DNA of 64,000 nucleotides from the NCBI GenBank assembly GCA_964016885.1, contig OZ024753.1, positions 44,826,001 through 44,890,000 on the forward strand. Direction: 5' to 3'. A program made the translations under genes and the position numbers. This document shows, piece by piece, positions 44,326 through 57,389 of this stretch. Source of the stretch: Eledone cirrhosa. Lineage: Eukaryota. The notes under the pieces are model-generated. The model was not told where the DNA came from, made no database searches, and was given only the letters and a program-made list of their open reading frames with translations. Position 1 is the first letter of the stretch. Every line of letters begins with the position of its first letter.

Positions 44326-46209
44326 GCATGTGTACGCTGGGAGATTCAGCATATACACACATTCGTAATAAAATTCTAATTACCAAAATAGGTATCTGAA
44401 ATTCTAATTACTAAAATCTAAGGTTTGCATCTTATTTCCAGAAACTAAATTACTTTAGATATAGAAACGGAATGAGAGTGAGATAACACACGAAATATAT
44501 TTTGAGATGTGTTATCTCCCTTTCCGTTTCTCTATTTTTTTTATTTTTGAAATAAATAACATTTTGCCTATAAGTATGACTAATAAGTATGACTAATTCA
44601 CTCAGTAGAATTGCGGCTTGGCGTGGCGATGCGCGCTGCGGTTCCGACTTCGTCGGCTACGTATGTATGTGTCGGTTCCATACTATGTGTCGCAAATTCG
44701 AATCGTTGTGGTGTGCACGTGGCTACGGCGGCTGGAACATTTAGATTCTTAATTTCTTTTGTTTTAGACACTTCATCTAGATTCTTAGTTTCTTTATATA
44801 CACTTCATTTAGATTCTTAATTTCTTTATAGACACTTTTTTTAAAGAGTTACCTCCCTTTATTCATTTTTGTCAAAATAAACTGAACACAATTCGTATAT
44901 AAGATGTAAACTTTCTTTATTCATGTTTGGCAAAATAAACTGTATAATATAATATGTAATTTTTCTTTATTAACAGAAACTACGCCATTCCCACTTGTTA
45001 CGGCAAACAACACAGCATATGAACTTGAAGGCTGGACATCTGTAAAAAGAAATGAAAGTCATTTACATGCGTTATCAATAAAAAGAATATTAAACTTTAT
45101 AAAATTCACCCGATTTTGTCTTTTCTTATATATATATTTAAATAGAGGAAACTAAGAATGTATATGAAGTTAGTAAAAAAAAAATGTTTACATATTATTT
45201 ACGAAATGTATGAAATAAGATTTTAATAAAAAAAATCCTTACACATTATTTACGAGTTGTGTTCATTAAAATTTATATATATTGTATACGACTTATGTTG
45301 TTACTTTGACAATGAAAAAAATTAGCCTAATAAATGGCTTCTAATTACTTCTTTTTGTAAAAAGTAAAGGGAAGCTACTCTTCAGCATTTTTTTTTTCCA
45401 CTCAATCTCAGAGGGGGACCCCCGTTAATTTTTTTTTTTATTTCTCCACTTTAGCGGCATCAGTTCCTCGATCCAGGCTCTTAACCATGCATGAGTATCT
45501 GGTGTCTCTAAAGTGGAGAAATAAAAAAAAAAAAAAAATGGCGTCCCGTTTCATAATTTTTTTTTTCGACATTTTCAAAAACATTCTTAGCTTCTTTATT
45601 TAGAAACTTCATATACACTTACGTTCTTTATAGTACGTCTTACTCAGTTTCTTGTAGACTCTTGATTTCTTTATTCATTTTTGTCAAAATAAACTGAACA
45701 CAATTCGTATATAAGAGATAAACTTTCTTTATTCATTTTTGGCAAAATAAACTGTATAATATAATATGTAATTTTTCTTTATTAACAGAAACTACGCCAT
45801 TCCCACTTGTTACGGCAAACAACACAGCATATGAACTTGAAGGCTGGACATCTGTAAAAAGAAATGAAAGTCATTTACATACGTTATCAATAAAAAGAAT
45901 ATTAAACTTTATAAAATTCACCCGATTTTGTCTTTTCTTATATATTAATTTAAATAGAGGAAACTAAGAATGTATATGAAGTTTCTTAAAGAAAGAAAAT
46001 AAGAATGTAAATGGTTATTGGTTACGTAGATTAACAGTTAAAGCGATATTGATCTGGTTAATATTTGATTACGATGATGATATCTAACAAAAAAACAACA
46101 GCAACAACTAAGAATGTAGACGAGTTTCTAAAGAAAGAAACTTCATCTACATTCTTAATTGTTTTTTAGGAATGACAATGACGAAACAAGAAACTAAGAA
46201 TGTAAATGA

Positions 46210-47610
46210 AGTGTTGAAAAGGAACAAAGAAAGTAAATTAACTTTCGTAAGAAGAAACTAAGAATGTAAATGGTTCTATGTTACGTGGGTTAAAGTGATA
46301 TCGATCCAGTTAACACTGAGCAACAGTTAAGTATTGAAAAGGAACAAAGAATCGTAAGAAGAATGTAAATGGTTCTATGTTACGTGGGTTAATGTGATAT
46401 CGATCTAGTTAACACTAACTAACAGTTAAGTGTTGAAAAGGAACAAAGAATCGTAAGAAACTAAGAATGTAAATGGTTCTATGTCACGTGGGTTAATGTG
46501 ATATCGATCTAGTTAACACTAACTAACAGTTAAGTGTTGAAAAGGAACAAAGAATCGTAAGAAGAATCTAAGAATGTAAATGGTTCTATGTGATATCGAT
46601 CTAGTTAACACTAACTAACACTTAAGTGTTGAAAAGGAACAAAGAATCGTAAGAAACTAAGAATGTAAATGGTTCTATGTTACGTGGGTTAATGTGATAT
46701 AGATATAGTTAACACTGATCAACAGTTAAGTGTTGAAAAGGAACAAAGAATCGTAAGAAGAAACTAAGAATGTAAATGGTTCTATGTGATATAGATCTAG
46801 TTAACACTGACTTACAGTTAAGTGTTGAAAAGGAACAAAGAATCGTAAGAGAAACTAAGAATGTAAATGGTTCTATGTGATATCGATCTAGTTAACACTA
46901 ACAGTTAAGTGTTGAAAAGGAATAAAGAATGTAAATGGTTCTATGTTACGTGGGTTAATGTGATATCGATCGAGTTAACACTAACTAACAGTTAAGTGTT
47001 GAAAAGAAACAAAGAATGTAAATGGTTCTATGTTACGTGGGTTAATGTGATATCGATCGAGTTAACACTAACTAACAGTTAAGTGTTGAAAAGAAACAAA
47101 GAATGTAAATGGTTCTATGTTACGTGGGTTAATGTGATATAGATATAGTTAACACTGATCAACAGTTAAGTGTTGAAAAGGAACAAAGAATCGTAAGAAG
47201 AAACTAAGAATGTAAATGGTTCTATGTGATATCGATCTAGTTAACACTGACTAACAGTTAAGTGTTGAAAAGGAACAAAGAATCGTAAGAAGAAACTAAG
47301 AATGTAAATGGTTCTTTGTTACGTGGGTTAATTTGATATCGATCTAGTTAACACTAACTAACAGTTAAGTGTTGAAAAGGAACAAAGAATGTAAATGATT
47401 CTATGTTACGTGGGTTAACACTAACAGTTATGTTGAAAAGGAACAAAGAATTGTAAGAAGAATGTAAATGGTTCTATGTAACGTGGGTTAAAGTGATATC
47501 GATCTAGTTAACACTGATCAACAGTTAAGTGTTGAAAAGGAACAAAGAATGTAAATGGTTCTATGTGATATAGATCTAGTTAACATTAACTAACAGTTAA
47601 GTGTTGAAAA
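46210..47610. repeat. Modular ~92 bp satellite, copy 2
   Basis: Same unit as 16005-17232 with a different module order. Confidence 0.95.
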
Positions 47611-47925
47611 TTGTGTCGCTGCATATGACATCCCAGACGAGAGGTTTACCACCGTGGAACGGGAAGATGGTCATGACATCTGGCCTGTTGCTATCCCCTC
47701 GGTCCAACTAGGAGGGAAAGCCTGCAGCATCCAAGCCATGCTTGATGACCTCGTTGAGAGCAGCATAGCGTGGCAGGCGACCGGCACTGTAGCCACATTT
47801 GTAAGGTGGTCTGTTGCCATCCAAGATCGTCAAACTTGATGTTGCATATCTCTTCAGTTGCCGCTCAGATACAAGTGTCAAGGTCAGCAAGGAGAGTAGC
47901 ATGGCATGGCTCTAAGCAGGCACTG
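47611..47925 (-). mobile_element. CRE-like RLE retrotransposon fragment, copy 2
   Basis: Duplicate of 17235-17560, with a stop after AGFPS. Confidence 0.75.
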
Positions 47926-49314
47926 ACTACAAAAAGTATGTCCTTAAACTGTTCCTTTCGCACTCTAAGCAGCACTTACTATGGTTTAGCTGGCCGTAGA
48001 GGACCCTACCAAATATTCCTTTGTCCTGCCTGTGCACTCACAATTGATGGACAACTATAAGTGCATTCATATATAAGCCAGACGACCCATGCAAGCGTGG
48101 GAGATACTATGGGACATTGACCCTGGTTTCACGTGGCCGTAGGAGATGCTATGTGAAGTATATGCCCTAAAACTGCTTCTTTTGCAATCTAAGCTTACGA
48201 TGATCAGAGCTTAGTTGGCCGTAGGAGATAGTCTGGGACATATACACTCTAAACAAAAATAACATCCTATCTGATATATACACCCTGAACAAAACTAAGA
48301 GTGTAAATCAAGTTTCTAAAGAAAGAAACTAAGAATGTTACGCAAGTTAAAGCGATATCGATCTAGTTAACACTGATCAACAGTTAATCTTTGATTACGG
48401 TGATCATATCTAAAAAAAATTATGGCCAAAACAAGTTATTTACAAACTTAAATGATAAACAAAAATACGCTATTCGCGAGAGGGGTGTTGTATGACATTA
48501 GAATGTAAGGTATGACAGAAGCTAAACGAAACTAACGTTTAAATAATTATTACTGACATTATGGAGGGAAATAAACAGAAACTGTTTCATAAAATAAAGC
48601 TTTACTTTACCTCCGCAAAAATAGTAAAATCCAAGGTTTTAACGTTTTTTATTCAAGTTGGAAAACATGAAGTTCTTCCCGTGGCCATTTTATTTTTCCT
48701 AAACAGAATTACCCGAAGTACGCATGCGCATTCTAAGTGGACATCAATGCGCATGCGCGAAGTATTTGTGTGAAGTGTCGGTCTTTACAATCGTGAGTTC
48801 GATTCTCAGACCAAGCTTTGCGTTGTGTTCTTGAGCAAGACACTTTATTTCAAGTTGCTCCGAATCACACAGCAGTAGAAATTAGTTGGACAACAAAAGG
48901 TTTCTAGCTACCTACAAGAGGACGTGTGTGCAAGAAATGAAGCTGCCATGCTTCGTTGTATGTGTAAGAAATAAAGAAGATAATAAAAATGTAGCTGTAT
49001 ATAGAGGTATTTTCCTGTTATGGGGGTTTATATATTTTTTTTAGTAGAAAGTATATAGGTTTATATGTATGTCTCTAAAAAGAGAAGATAATAAAACGTA
49101 TATTTGTGTCTCATGAATATCTGCTAGTGTTGACAAGGTTTACAACGTATTCAATAAAGAAAGATCTACAGAATGAGGTTTATAGAGGGAAATTTGTGTT
49201 ATATTTCTTAGAAGAGGTAACTTATTTGTATGTGTATTTTTTTTTAGTTTATAAAGAAAGCATGTGTCGAGTGGGTGAAGATGCACCAGAAAGCCACAGA
49301 AGATACCTCTTCAC

Positions 49315-49502
49315 ATGAACACAATATCCAATGTCAGTGTATAGAGAGGTTTAGAGATAGCCCTAGTATACAGCAAAGAAAACATTACATACTCTTTTAC
49401 ATGACCACAATATCCAATGTCAGTGTATAGAGAGGTTTAGAGATAGCCCTAGTATACAGCAAAGAAAACATTACATACTCTTTTACATTAAAACAATATC
49501 CT
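49315..49502. repeat. ~86 bp tandem duplication
   Basis: acaatatccaatgtcagtgtatagagagg...ctcttttacat, twice. Confidence 0.9.
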
Positions 49503-49769
49503 ATTGTGATTTATGTAAAAAAGACCAGTAATTTTCAAAAGGCCTCTACAATACGGTAGAAATATTTGAATGTCAAATGATGACAAATGAAAATAAATTA
49601 AGTAATATTTTATTCAGTGTATTTCTTCAAATATGGAGCTGACTCAGTTCTAAACAAAACAGTTAATGTCCTTATCCTCAACTGACTTGCTTGTATGCAA
49701 TACGGTAATAAATTCTCAAATGCGTGTTAGAGACATGGAGGCAAGTTAAGGACTTGTTATCATATATAT

Positions 49770-50092
49770 ATATTGCTTTGGCCCCACTTGGTCGCGAATG
49801 ACCATGGTTTTGTACCTAGAAAGTTTCTCTCCGAGGCACAAGCCTGGGCAGTTTGTTTTTGTGGAAGACCAGCAGTCACCCATGCATACCAGTCTCCCCT
49901 CTCCACGCCTCTGATGTTGTCCAAGGGAAAGGAACTGACCAATACAGCTTGGCACCAGTGATGTCGCAACTCATTTCTACAGCTGAGTAAACTGTGAAAT
50001 AAAGTGTCTTGCTCAAGGACAACGCATCACCCGGTCAGAGAATTGAACTCACAACCTCTGAATTGCAACCCCAATGCTCTAACCACTAACCC
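49770..50092 (-). mobile_element. Near full-length second-family SINE
   Basis: Reverse tRNA head (ctctaaccactaacc; aattgaactc) plus aataaagtgtcttgctcaaggac. Confidence 0.75.
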
Positions 50093-51204
50093 ATATATAT
50101 CTATACATATATATAGTCATGGCTTCGGCAGTTTGCTGTGTTTTTGTACAACGCGCGCGATTTAACGTTGCTCTTTTATAATAGAGCTGGAAACCCTTTC
50201 ATTAAAACACGATAAACGAGATGCAATCTCATATAAGGCCAAAATATAAAATTCTACATACAAGTGAGCTGTAGAGTCACTAAAGACTTAGAATCTTTAA
50301 AATATTATTTTTTGAAATTCAAAAAAGAAAGAGAATATAAAATAGATTACTGTTCCAGCACTTTATTGTTTTAATCATCATCATCATCATCATTTTACGT
50401 CCGCTTTTCTTTGCTTGCTAGGGTGGGACAGGAACTGATTCTGACTTGATTTCTACCAACCTCATTTACAGTGAGTGCTGGGTGCTTTTTTTTCCGTGGC
50501 GCCTACACGTCCACTTTACAGTGCGAGCTGGGTGGTTTTTTGCCGTGGCACCTCCACGACCACTTTGCAGTGGAATGATAGGGAGCCCGGTCCTATCATC
50601 TAATTTCTACAGTAAGTAAACTGGAGCAATGTGAAATAAAGTGTCTTGCTCAAGGAAACAACACATCACCTGGTCTGAGAACTGAACTTACAACCTTTCG
50701 ATTGCAAGGCCAAACAAAACCACGTGCCTCCATTAATATCCAAATATATTTCCTTTCTCTTTGAAGTGTCTAAATCTATTGTTTTAATTAAGAGTTATGT
50801 TTTAATCTTTAATAAATTAAAACTGAAACAACATTTTAAATTTTCAGAAAAAGTAGAACATCTAATACTTTCAAAAGTGTCTTTATAAACTAAAAAATGT
50901 ATTTATACACTTTTTAATGTATATAATATATATATATATATATATTTCTCAACCTGATTAGTTCTATCGTTACTTTGGTATGTATTGTGTGTTAGTTTCG
51001 CCTACCACAATGTTCGATTTGTCAAGCTATTTAAATGAATGTTATTACTCTAAGGTCCTACCTTATCGAGTGCTTTGCTAACTCATCATTTCATATAAGT
51101 AGGCCGAATTTACTTGCAAACCGACAGAGATTCGATTTTACTGATTTCCAATTATATATATATATATATATATATATAGTGCGTGTGTTAGTTCACTATT
51201 TTCA

Positions 51205-51257
51205 GGAAGCCCTGATGATTTCTCCCGAATGAAACAGTTCTAGTCCTGTAGAAGCCT
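51205..51257 (+). ncRNA. Hammerhead motif with disrupted stem I (duplicate of 20242)
   Basis: CUGAUGA at 51212; GAAA at 51231; stem III cag/ctg; UA. Confidence 0.55.
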
Positions 51258-51836
51258 TTTCTATATTAAATATATATATATATATATAACAAGACTAGAA
51301 ACGATCGTAAAGCAGTGAAGTATTTTCCTAATGATTTGAATTTTTATTTCATTGTTTTAACTTATATTGTTTTAACTTATATATAACAAGACTAGTGTCA
51401 TTGTAAATACCGTAATATTAATTAATCAATTTCTGTTTTAAAAAATTGATTAAAATATTATTTAATTAAAATATTTTTTTTATGCAATTCTTAATATCTT
51501 ATAAGGCGGTGAATTCGCAAATTGTTAGATCATTGGATGAAATGTGTTGTCATGGTTTCTGTTCTGGTTCTCTTCTGGGTTCAAATCCAACTGAGGTTAA
51601 CTATAGAGATAAATAAATAAAATAATATTCCAGTTCCGTACTGAGGGAGTGATTCTTTCTCCCCCACTCTTTGAGGGGGAAAAGTGTCAGTTGCCTCTTA
51701 GTGTAATGGTAAGGTACTAACTAACACAGTATTCGAGAGATATGGGGTTTGATTCTTCCTAGGTGTCTCTGTTTATATTATATATATACAATATAGTATA
51801 ACATATATATATAATATATATTTATTATATAGATAT

Positions 51837-52328
51837 CATCATCATCATCATCATCAGGTTTAGCGTCCGTGTTCCACGCTTGCATGGGTTTGGACGGGGG
51901 TTTTCCCACTTGAGGCAAGAGTGGTTGTCTTGCTCGCATAGGACTGTCTGGCGGGTTTTCTACAGTTGGATGCCCTTCCTAACACCAACCACATTTACAG
52001 TGTGGGGCTGGGAGGTTTTTACCGTGTTGCCTACACGGCCACATTACAGCGTGGACTGTGTGTTTTTTGTCGTGACACCTACACGATCTCATTTGTTTCG
52101 GCCTGGATGTTGTGGGACCAACATAACTTTACATTGAAAGGGGCGGTGTGGGTGGGGTGGAGGGTGGTGGGACGGGGGTGTGTTTTGATAGAGATGCCTA
52201 CTGACTGTAGTAGGTTTTTACTTTGTATTTAGGTAAGGCGGGTCTTCTCTATTACTGAGTACCGCCAAAGGTCTCGGTCCAGTGACATTGTCTTGGAGAG
52301 GTGTAAGCGTGTGAGGTCGGAATTTATC
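51837..52328 (-). mobile_element. 5'-truncated RTE LINE insertion specific to copy 2
   Basis: (cat)n tail at 51837; ORF end SDLTRLHLSKTMSLDRDLWRYSVIEKTRLT*; TSD agatat at 51831-51836 and 52329-52334; empty site at ~20920. Confidence 0.85.
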
Positions 52329-52360
52329 AGATATGTATTGTATATAATATATAGCCTTAC

Positions 52361-52386
52361 CTGTTTTGTGTTTTCTCCATCTTCAC
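52361..52386 (-). other. Candidate 26 nt microexon
   Basis: ...ttgtgtttgtttgtattggtttgactatag| GTGAAGATGGAGAAAACACAAAACAG |gtaagg. Confidence 0.35.
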
Positions 52387-53664
52387 CTATAGTCAAACCA
52401 ATACAAACAAACACAAGCAAAATGCAACATTGAACCTATTTCTTGGCTTCAGAAATAAACACAGAAGAAAAAAGATCACTTTTGAGGGTTTCAATTTTTT
52501 ATTTTTTAAATTCTTCTTTGACATGAATTTTTCTTCTTCTTCTTCTCTTGTCTAAATACATTTTTCTTCTTCAGACAACAATATTTTGACAGGTTTTGCG
52601 GAACCATTCCTTTAGCAATTGTAAAGTGTGAGCCCCAGATAACATCAGTGATACGGTTTAGTACAGAACTAAAGGGAGAAAATGATATCTTCAACAGAGT
52701 CGTAATATGAGAGTGCTTTGCCCTGTGTCAGTTAACAGGGGCCCTATTAATTAATAATAGGAGTGTGCCTAGCCTTGTATGGTTGAACAAACAACAGGGA
52801 TCCTGTTAAGTTGCAATAGGGGAATGTGCTTAACTCTGCATAGCTGAACAGGCCAGGAACTCTATCAATAATAGGAGAGTGTGCTTAACTCTGTACAATT
52901 GAACAAAGAACAGGGACCCTATTAAGTTATAATAACAGTGTGTGTGTCTAACCTTGTATGGCTTAACAGACCAGAGACCCTATTAATCTATAATAGGAGG
53001 ATGTGCTTTACTCTTTGTGGCTGAACTAGAAATGAAAATACTAAAGGAAATCAGTGCAGCACAGAGTGGATAGATGTGTAGATATGATGAACGAGAATGT
53101 AAGACCAGTCTAATAAATACCAAACTTATAATAAAATTAATAAACAATATTTAGTATCTCTAAAGTAGCAGTAAATTGGTCAGAGAAACTATCAGGAACA
53201 GAGTTTATACAGAGTAAGTGGCTAAGAAAAATTAAAAAAGAGGATACATTATTGTAGAGTACTGAGCATATATATTGGGATATTGAACAGCTCAATATCA
53301 AAGTAAGGAATAATAATTACCAATAGTGGATCACAGATCAATTGCAGTGCTGACTTGAAAGTAAAGGATGAGGTTAGAAGTAGAGAATAAGACAAGTAGT
53401 ACAACATCAACTGTAGAATATTCTCTGCCATTCACTAGAATCTCTTTACACCATAGTGTGTTATATAGTAGTAGAGCCTGCCAACATATCATAACTAACA
53501 CTATACAGCAGTGATCATAGGGATGTGTGTGTCTATATATATATATATATAGAAGTAGTAACACAACAGTTAGTTCACCATTTCTACCAAACTCGTCCCA
53601 AGGACTGAGTGCTCTACCACTACGGATATTACCTTCCAGTGTTCTACCTTTATATATATATATT

Positions 53665-53753
53665 GGAAAAGAATGACTTCACTTGTAGTTCTAAACAATT
53701 CGATTTAATTTTATAATATTAGTTTAGAACTACAAGTGAAGTCATTCTTTTCC
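53665..53753. repeat. Perfect 32 bp-arm inverted repeat
   Basis: ggaaaagaatgacttcacttgtagttctaaac / gtttagaactacaagtgaagtcattcttttcc. Confidence 0.9.
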
Positions 53754-53844
53754 TTTTTTCAAATATACCTAACTGTACCAAAGATCTCACACATTTTCCA
53801 ATATCTCTCTCTCTATATATATATATATATATACACACAGATCC

Positions 53845-53953
53845 GTATTCTGATGATTTGGTCAGGCATCGACTGTAATTAAAATCGAGTGATGTGGCTT
53901 CTAACGATCAGTGATTTATAGACACACCGGACTAATGAAACAATTGTTAATAC
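53845..53953 (+). ncRNA. Type I hammerhead motif with long stem II insert and palindromic stem III
   Basis: Stem I gtatt/aatac; CUGAUGA at 53850; U-ttggtc...gactaa-U; GAAA at 53937; acaattgt palindrome; GUU triplet. Confidence 0.65.
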
Positions 53954-54164
53954 TTTAAATAAATCCTATTGTACAGCCGACCTTGTTATTCTTCACTCTT
54001 TTACTATATATATATATATATATATCATCATCATCATCCTCATCATTGTTTAACATCTATCTTCCACACAAGTATGGGTTAGATGAGAATTGTCCCACTT
54101 GAAGCAACATTGGTTGGGTGACCGTGTCTCGCTCGTATAGGACTCTCTATCTCTTTCTCTCTCG

Positions 54165-54195
<31 letters not shown>

Positions 54196-54314
54196 AATCC
54201 ATATATATATATATATATATATAGGGAATGTAATGTCCAGTTACTGTAGGTTCACCAGAGTGAGCACTCAATACGTAGTTTCCAGTAGGTGTAGAGGTGT
54301 AGAACTAAGCAGAG

Positions 54315-54562
54315 TGTAATAATAATAAAAAGGATATGTTATGTCTTATAACGTTTACTGAGTAGAGACACGTGTTTCGCTATTGATCAGCTCAAGGTTC
54401 AATCTGTATTGTTACCACAATAGATGTCTGACACGCTTTTGATTCCAGAGTCGGGCTAGATTGATACAGATCAAATCTTGAGCTGATCAATAGTGAAACA
54501 CGCGTCACTACACAATAAACGTAATGAAGACATAACATATCATCCTTTTTATTATTATTACA
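54315..54562. repeat. ~100 bp-arm imperfect palindrome with a half-hammerhead on each strand
   Basis: gacacgtgtttc-gctattgatcagctcaag ... cttgagctgatcaatagt-gaaacacgcgtc; outer taataataaaaaggat / atcctttttattatta. Confidence 0.85.
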
Positions 54563-54563
54563 T

Positions 54564-54595
<32 letters not shown>

Positions 54596-54774
54596 CCAAA
54601 ATTAAATTAAGGGTGTCATGTCCAAGAGACATACGCCGTATTTAAAGTTCTAGTTAAACTTTAATTAGTTACCTACCTAGTTGTGTGTGCTTACACACTT
54701 TACAAATTATTCTCTGTGATTGTTTCATATGTTTATTTTAGATATATATATTTATGTCAATCAATTTCTAGTTG

Positions 54775-54805
<31 letters not shown>

Positions 54806-54853
54806 TTTTCTGGCAATATTATTACAACAATATGACCCTCCTCAAGTATAACA

Positions 54854-54894
<41 letters not shown>

Positions 54895-55095
54895 TACATA
54901 CAAACATATATATATCTGTAGTTGATGGATGAGAGAAAACAGTACTCAATACTGAAGTAGAACTTAAATATTCATTTTATTATGGCTAAGTAGCAAAGCT
55001 TATTAATATGGAATTTCACCTGTGCACACACAGGATTATCATACGCAGGTAAAACTCAAGAGCAACAAAACTAACTACTTAGCCATAATAAATGA

Positions 55096-55164
<69 letters not shown>

Positions 55165-55757
55165 AAGAGAGAGAAAGAGAGAGAGTTAGTGGTGTTTCAT
55201 AGTGAAATATTGACCAATACAATAAATGTCACAGTCGAAATTCTTTAAACTTTTCCTAAAATCCTAAGAATAAAAGATTTGTAAAGGAAAGAAAAGATAA
55301 AATGTATGGCAGCAACAACTAATAATTATTTTTTCGACAATATCAGCTTAACTGGAATAACTATGGTTCCAAGATAAATTGTTACTATATTAGGGATGTC
55401 TCTTATACTAATATGATCCTTTAGCCCTTATCTCAGTATACTTCTAATGAAATTCACACCGAGAAACATGTAGGGTCTCCGATAATTGTGTGTTGGAAAA
55501 CAGGACACGGTTTAAGTCCGTCATATCTAAAGGTTTTGTACGATGATCAGTCAAATGTTTCAAACTCCCCAATGACTACAGCCTACTATTGTCTATGTGT
55601 GAGGACATAGTACTGTTTACTAACACACAGTCTCCTTTCTGTCATATATACTATATACACACGTATATATTTATATGTGTGTATACATATATAATTGTAA
55701 ATTAATGTATATTTCATCACACATACAATATTTCAATGTGTAGGTTAATGTATGTAT

Positions 55758-55962
55758 AATTGTTTCTACTTTTGGCACAAGGCCAGCAATTACCCAGTAC
55801 ATTACTGGTACTTTATTTTATCGACCCCGTAAGGATGAAAGGCAAAGTTAACCTCGGCGGGATTTGAACTCAGAATGGCAAGGGCCGTAACTCTATACGT
55901 CAAAGCGTGGCGTCCGACCCTCTACCGATACTGCCAATCCACCGCCCTTATGTTTTATAACA
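55758..55962 (-). mobile_element. SINE
   Basis: Near-identical to 11181-11390. Confidence 0.85.
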
Positions 55963-56703
55963 CAACATTTCTTTAGTCAACATCACTATCTATTTCTCAT
56001 AAGTTAATGTATATTTTATCACACTTACAATATTTCCTTAGTGAACACACCAATGTTTCCCAATCATTCTCTAGTACTGTCAGCCAGGAATTGGTAAGAA
56101 CTATGAAACATGAGATCCAGAATCATTGTCAAACAGTTCTAGGTAATAACACTCAAACATATCTTTACTACTCACTTGTGTATATACATCAATATATCCG
56201 ATATTTCGGTCTGCGGTCTCGTGTCAGTCTTAAATATATTTTACAAGTGACCTTTACTTGATGTCGTCTCAAGAGATTTTCTCCAAACAGAAACTTAAAA
56301 ATGTGATTTAAGGTAATTGGCAGCTCAGGTAATTTGAGAAAAATGTGTGTGTGTAGAGAGAGAAAGAGAGATCGGGCGAATATTAAATAGTTGTATATGT
56401 GGCACTGAAAGGAGAGATAGGAGAGCGTGAGAGAGATATCGATATAAACAAGACTGGTGTTACCACTGACACTGGTGATTTAGAAGTTGTCTATCTCCCG
56501 CCTGCAGTACAGCTGCTCTAATGGTGTGGCTTGGTTAGAATCAGCGGGTTTGGGGTTTTTTAAATGTTTTTTGGTGCAAAAGTTGCAGACAGACTGACAG
56601 ACTGACAGACAGAAATACCAGGTGGAAAAAGAGAGAAATTTTCCAGAATGAAAGCTGTTGTTGGCTTCTTTTATCAGCAACATAATTAGTAATTGATGAT
56701 TTA

Positions 56704-56838
56704 TCATCTGTTTACCCATCGTCGCATTGACTCCTCCCACTCAGTATTGCCACCTTCCTCATCGTCTGTTCGGATGTATGATTCTGCATCTGACTGCAAA
56801 TAGCTCTCCTCATCTGTCATATAACGATTCACCAATTC
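56704..56838 (-). CDS. Terminal coding exon with an acidic, Tyr-containing C-terminus; tentatively dystrobrevin-like
   Basis: Acceptor tttgtcttttgcag|, phase 0, ELVNRYMTDEESYLQSDAESYIRTDDEEGGNTEWEESMRRWVNR*; coding-like composition. The family call is from recall of invertebrate dystrobrevin tails and is unverified. Confidence 0.75.
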   Translation of the reverse strand, partial: ELVNRYMTDEESYLQSDAESYIRTDDEEGGNTEWEESMRRWVNR

Positions 56839-57389
56839 CTGCAAAAGACAAACGTTTAACAACAAATTTAGACAAGCAAAAAATGGTGCTCACCTGATGA
56901 TTCCGAACTGCATGAAACCTCATTATTAAAACATACTTGATAAGTACAAAACAACATTATAACTGCATCACATTAAAAATTAAAGACTTAAGTTTACGGC
57001 AAATTTTCACAAGGATCTGTCAACTAGTAAAAATACAATAAACATTTGAATTAATAAACCACATTAGTAAGATATCCTTTAAAAGTACAACCTTATGACT
57101 ACATCATATGAAAAACAGGCTCTCCTCACTCCCAGCATTGTTATTCAACCATCTCCTAAATATCTTATAAGTTTTATTTCATTTAGTAGCCACTTTCAGT
57201 TCTCTCCCTTCAATTGTATTTTGGAAATTATTCCCCTTGCTTTAATGCTTAAAAATGTGCTAACTGAATCGCACGTTATATAGAGTTGGGTCAGATCAAT
57301 ACAGAACCAACCTTGAGTTGATCAATTATGAAACAAGTGTCACACTTCAATAAATGTAATGGAGATCTAACACTTCGTCCTTATTATTA

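Larger units (their letters stand above)
42614..48806. repeat. Nested palindrome / foldback-like element, copy 2
   Basis: Same outer inverted repeats (42614-42880 / 48525-48806) and axis hairpin (45429-45538). Confidence 0.8.
42470..53550 (+). repeat. Segmental duplication, copy 2
   Basis: Colinear with 12205-22140, with copy-specific indels. Confidence 0.95.

Noticed and set aside
55437-55477. Hammerhead-like ctaatga...gaaa-catg-ta-gggtc
   Set aside because: Core G mutated, stem II unpaired, stem I weak; at best a dead remnant.
56480-56740. 86-aa ORF from the track
   Set aside because: Out of frame with the real exon; mostly 3'UTR.
56894-56925. ctgatga-t...t-gaaac as a complete hammerhead
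   Set aside because: No stem III/stem I complement; counted only as a remnant.
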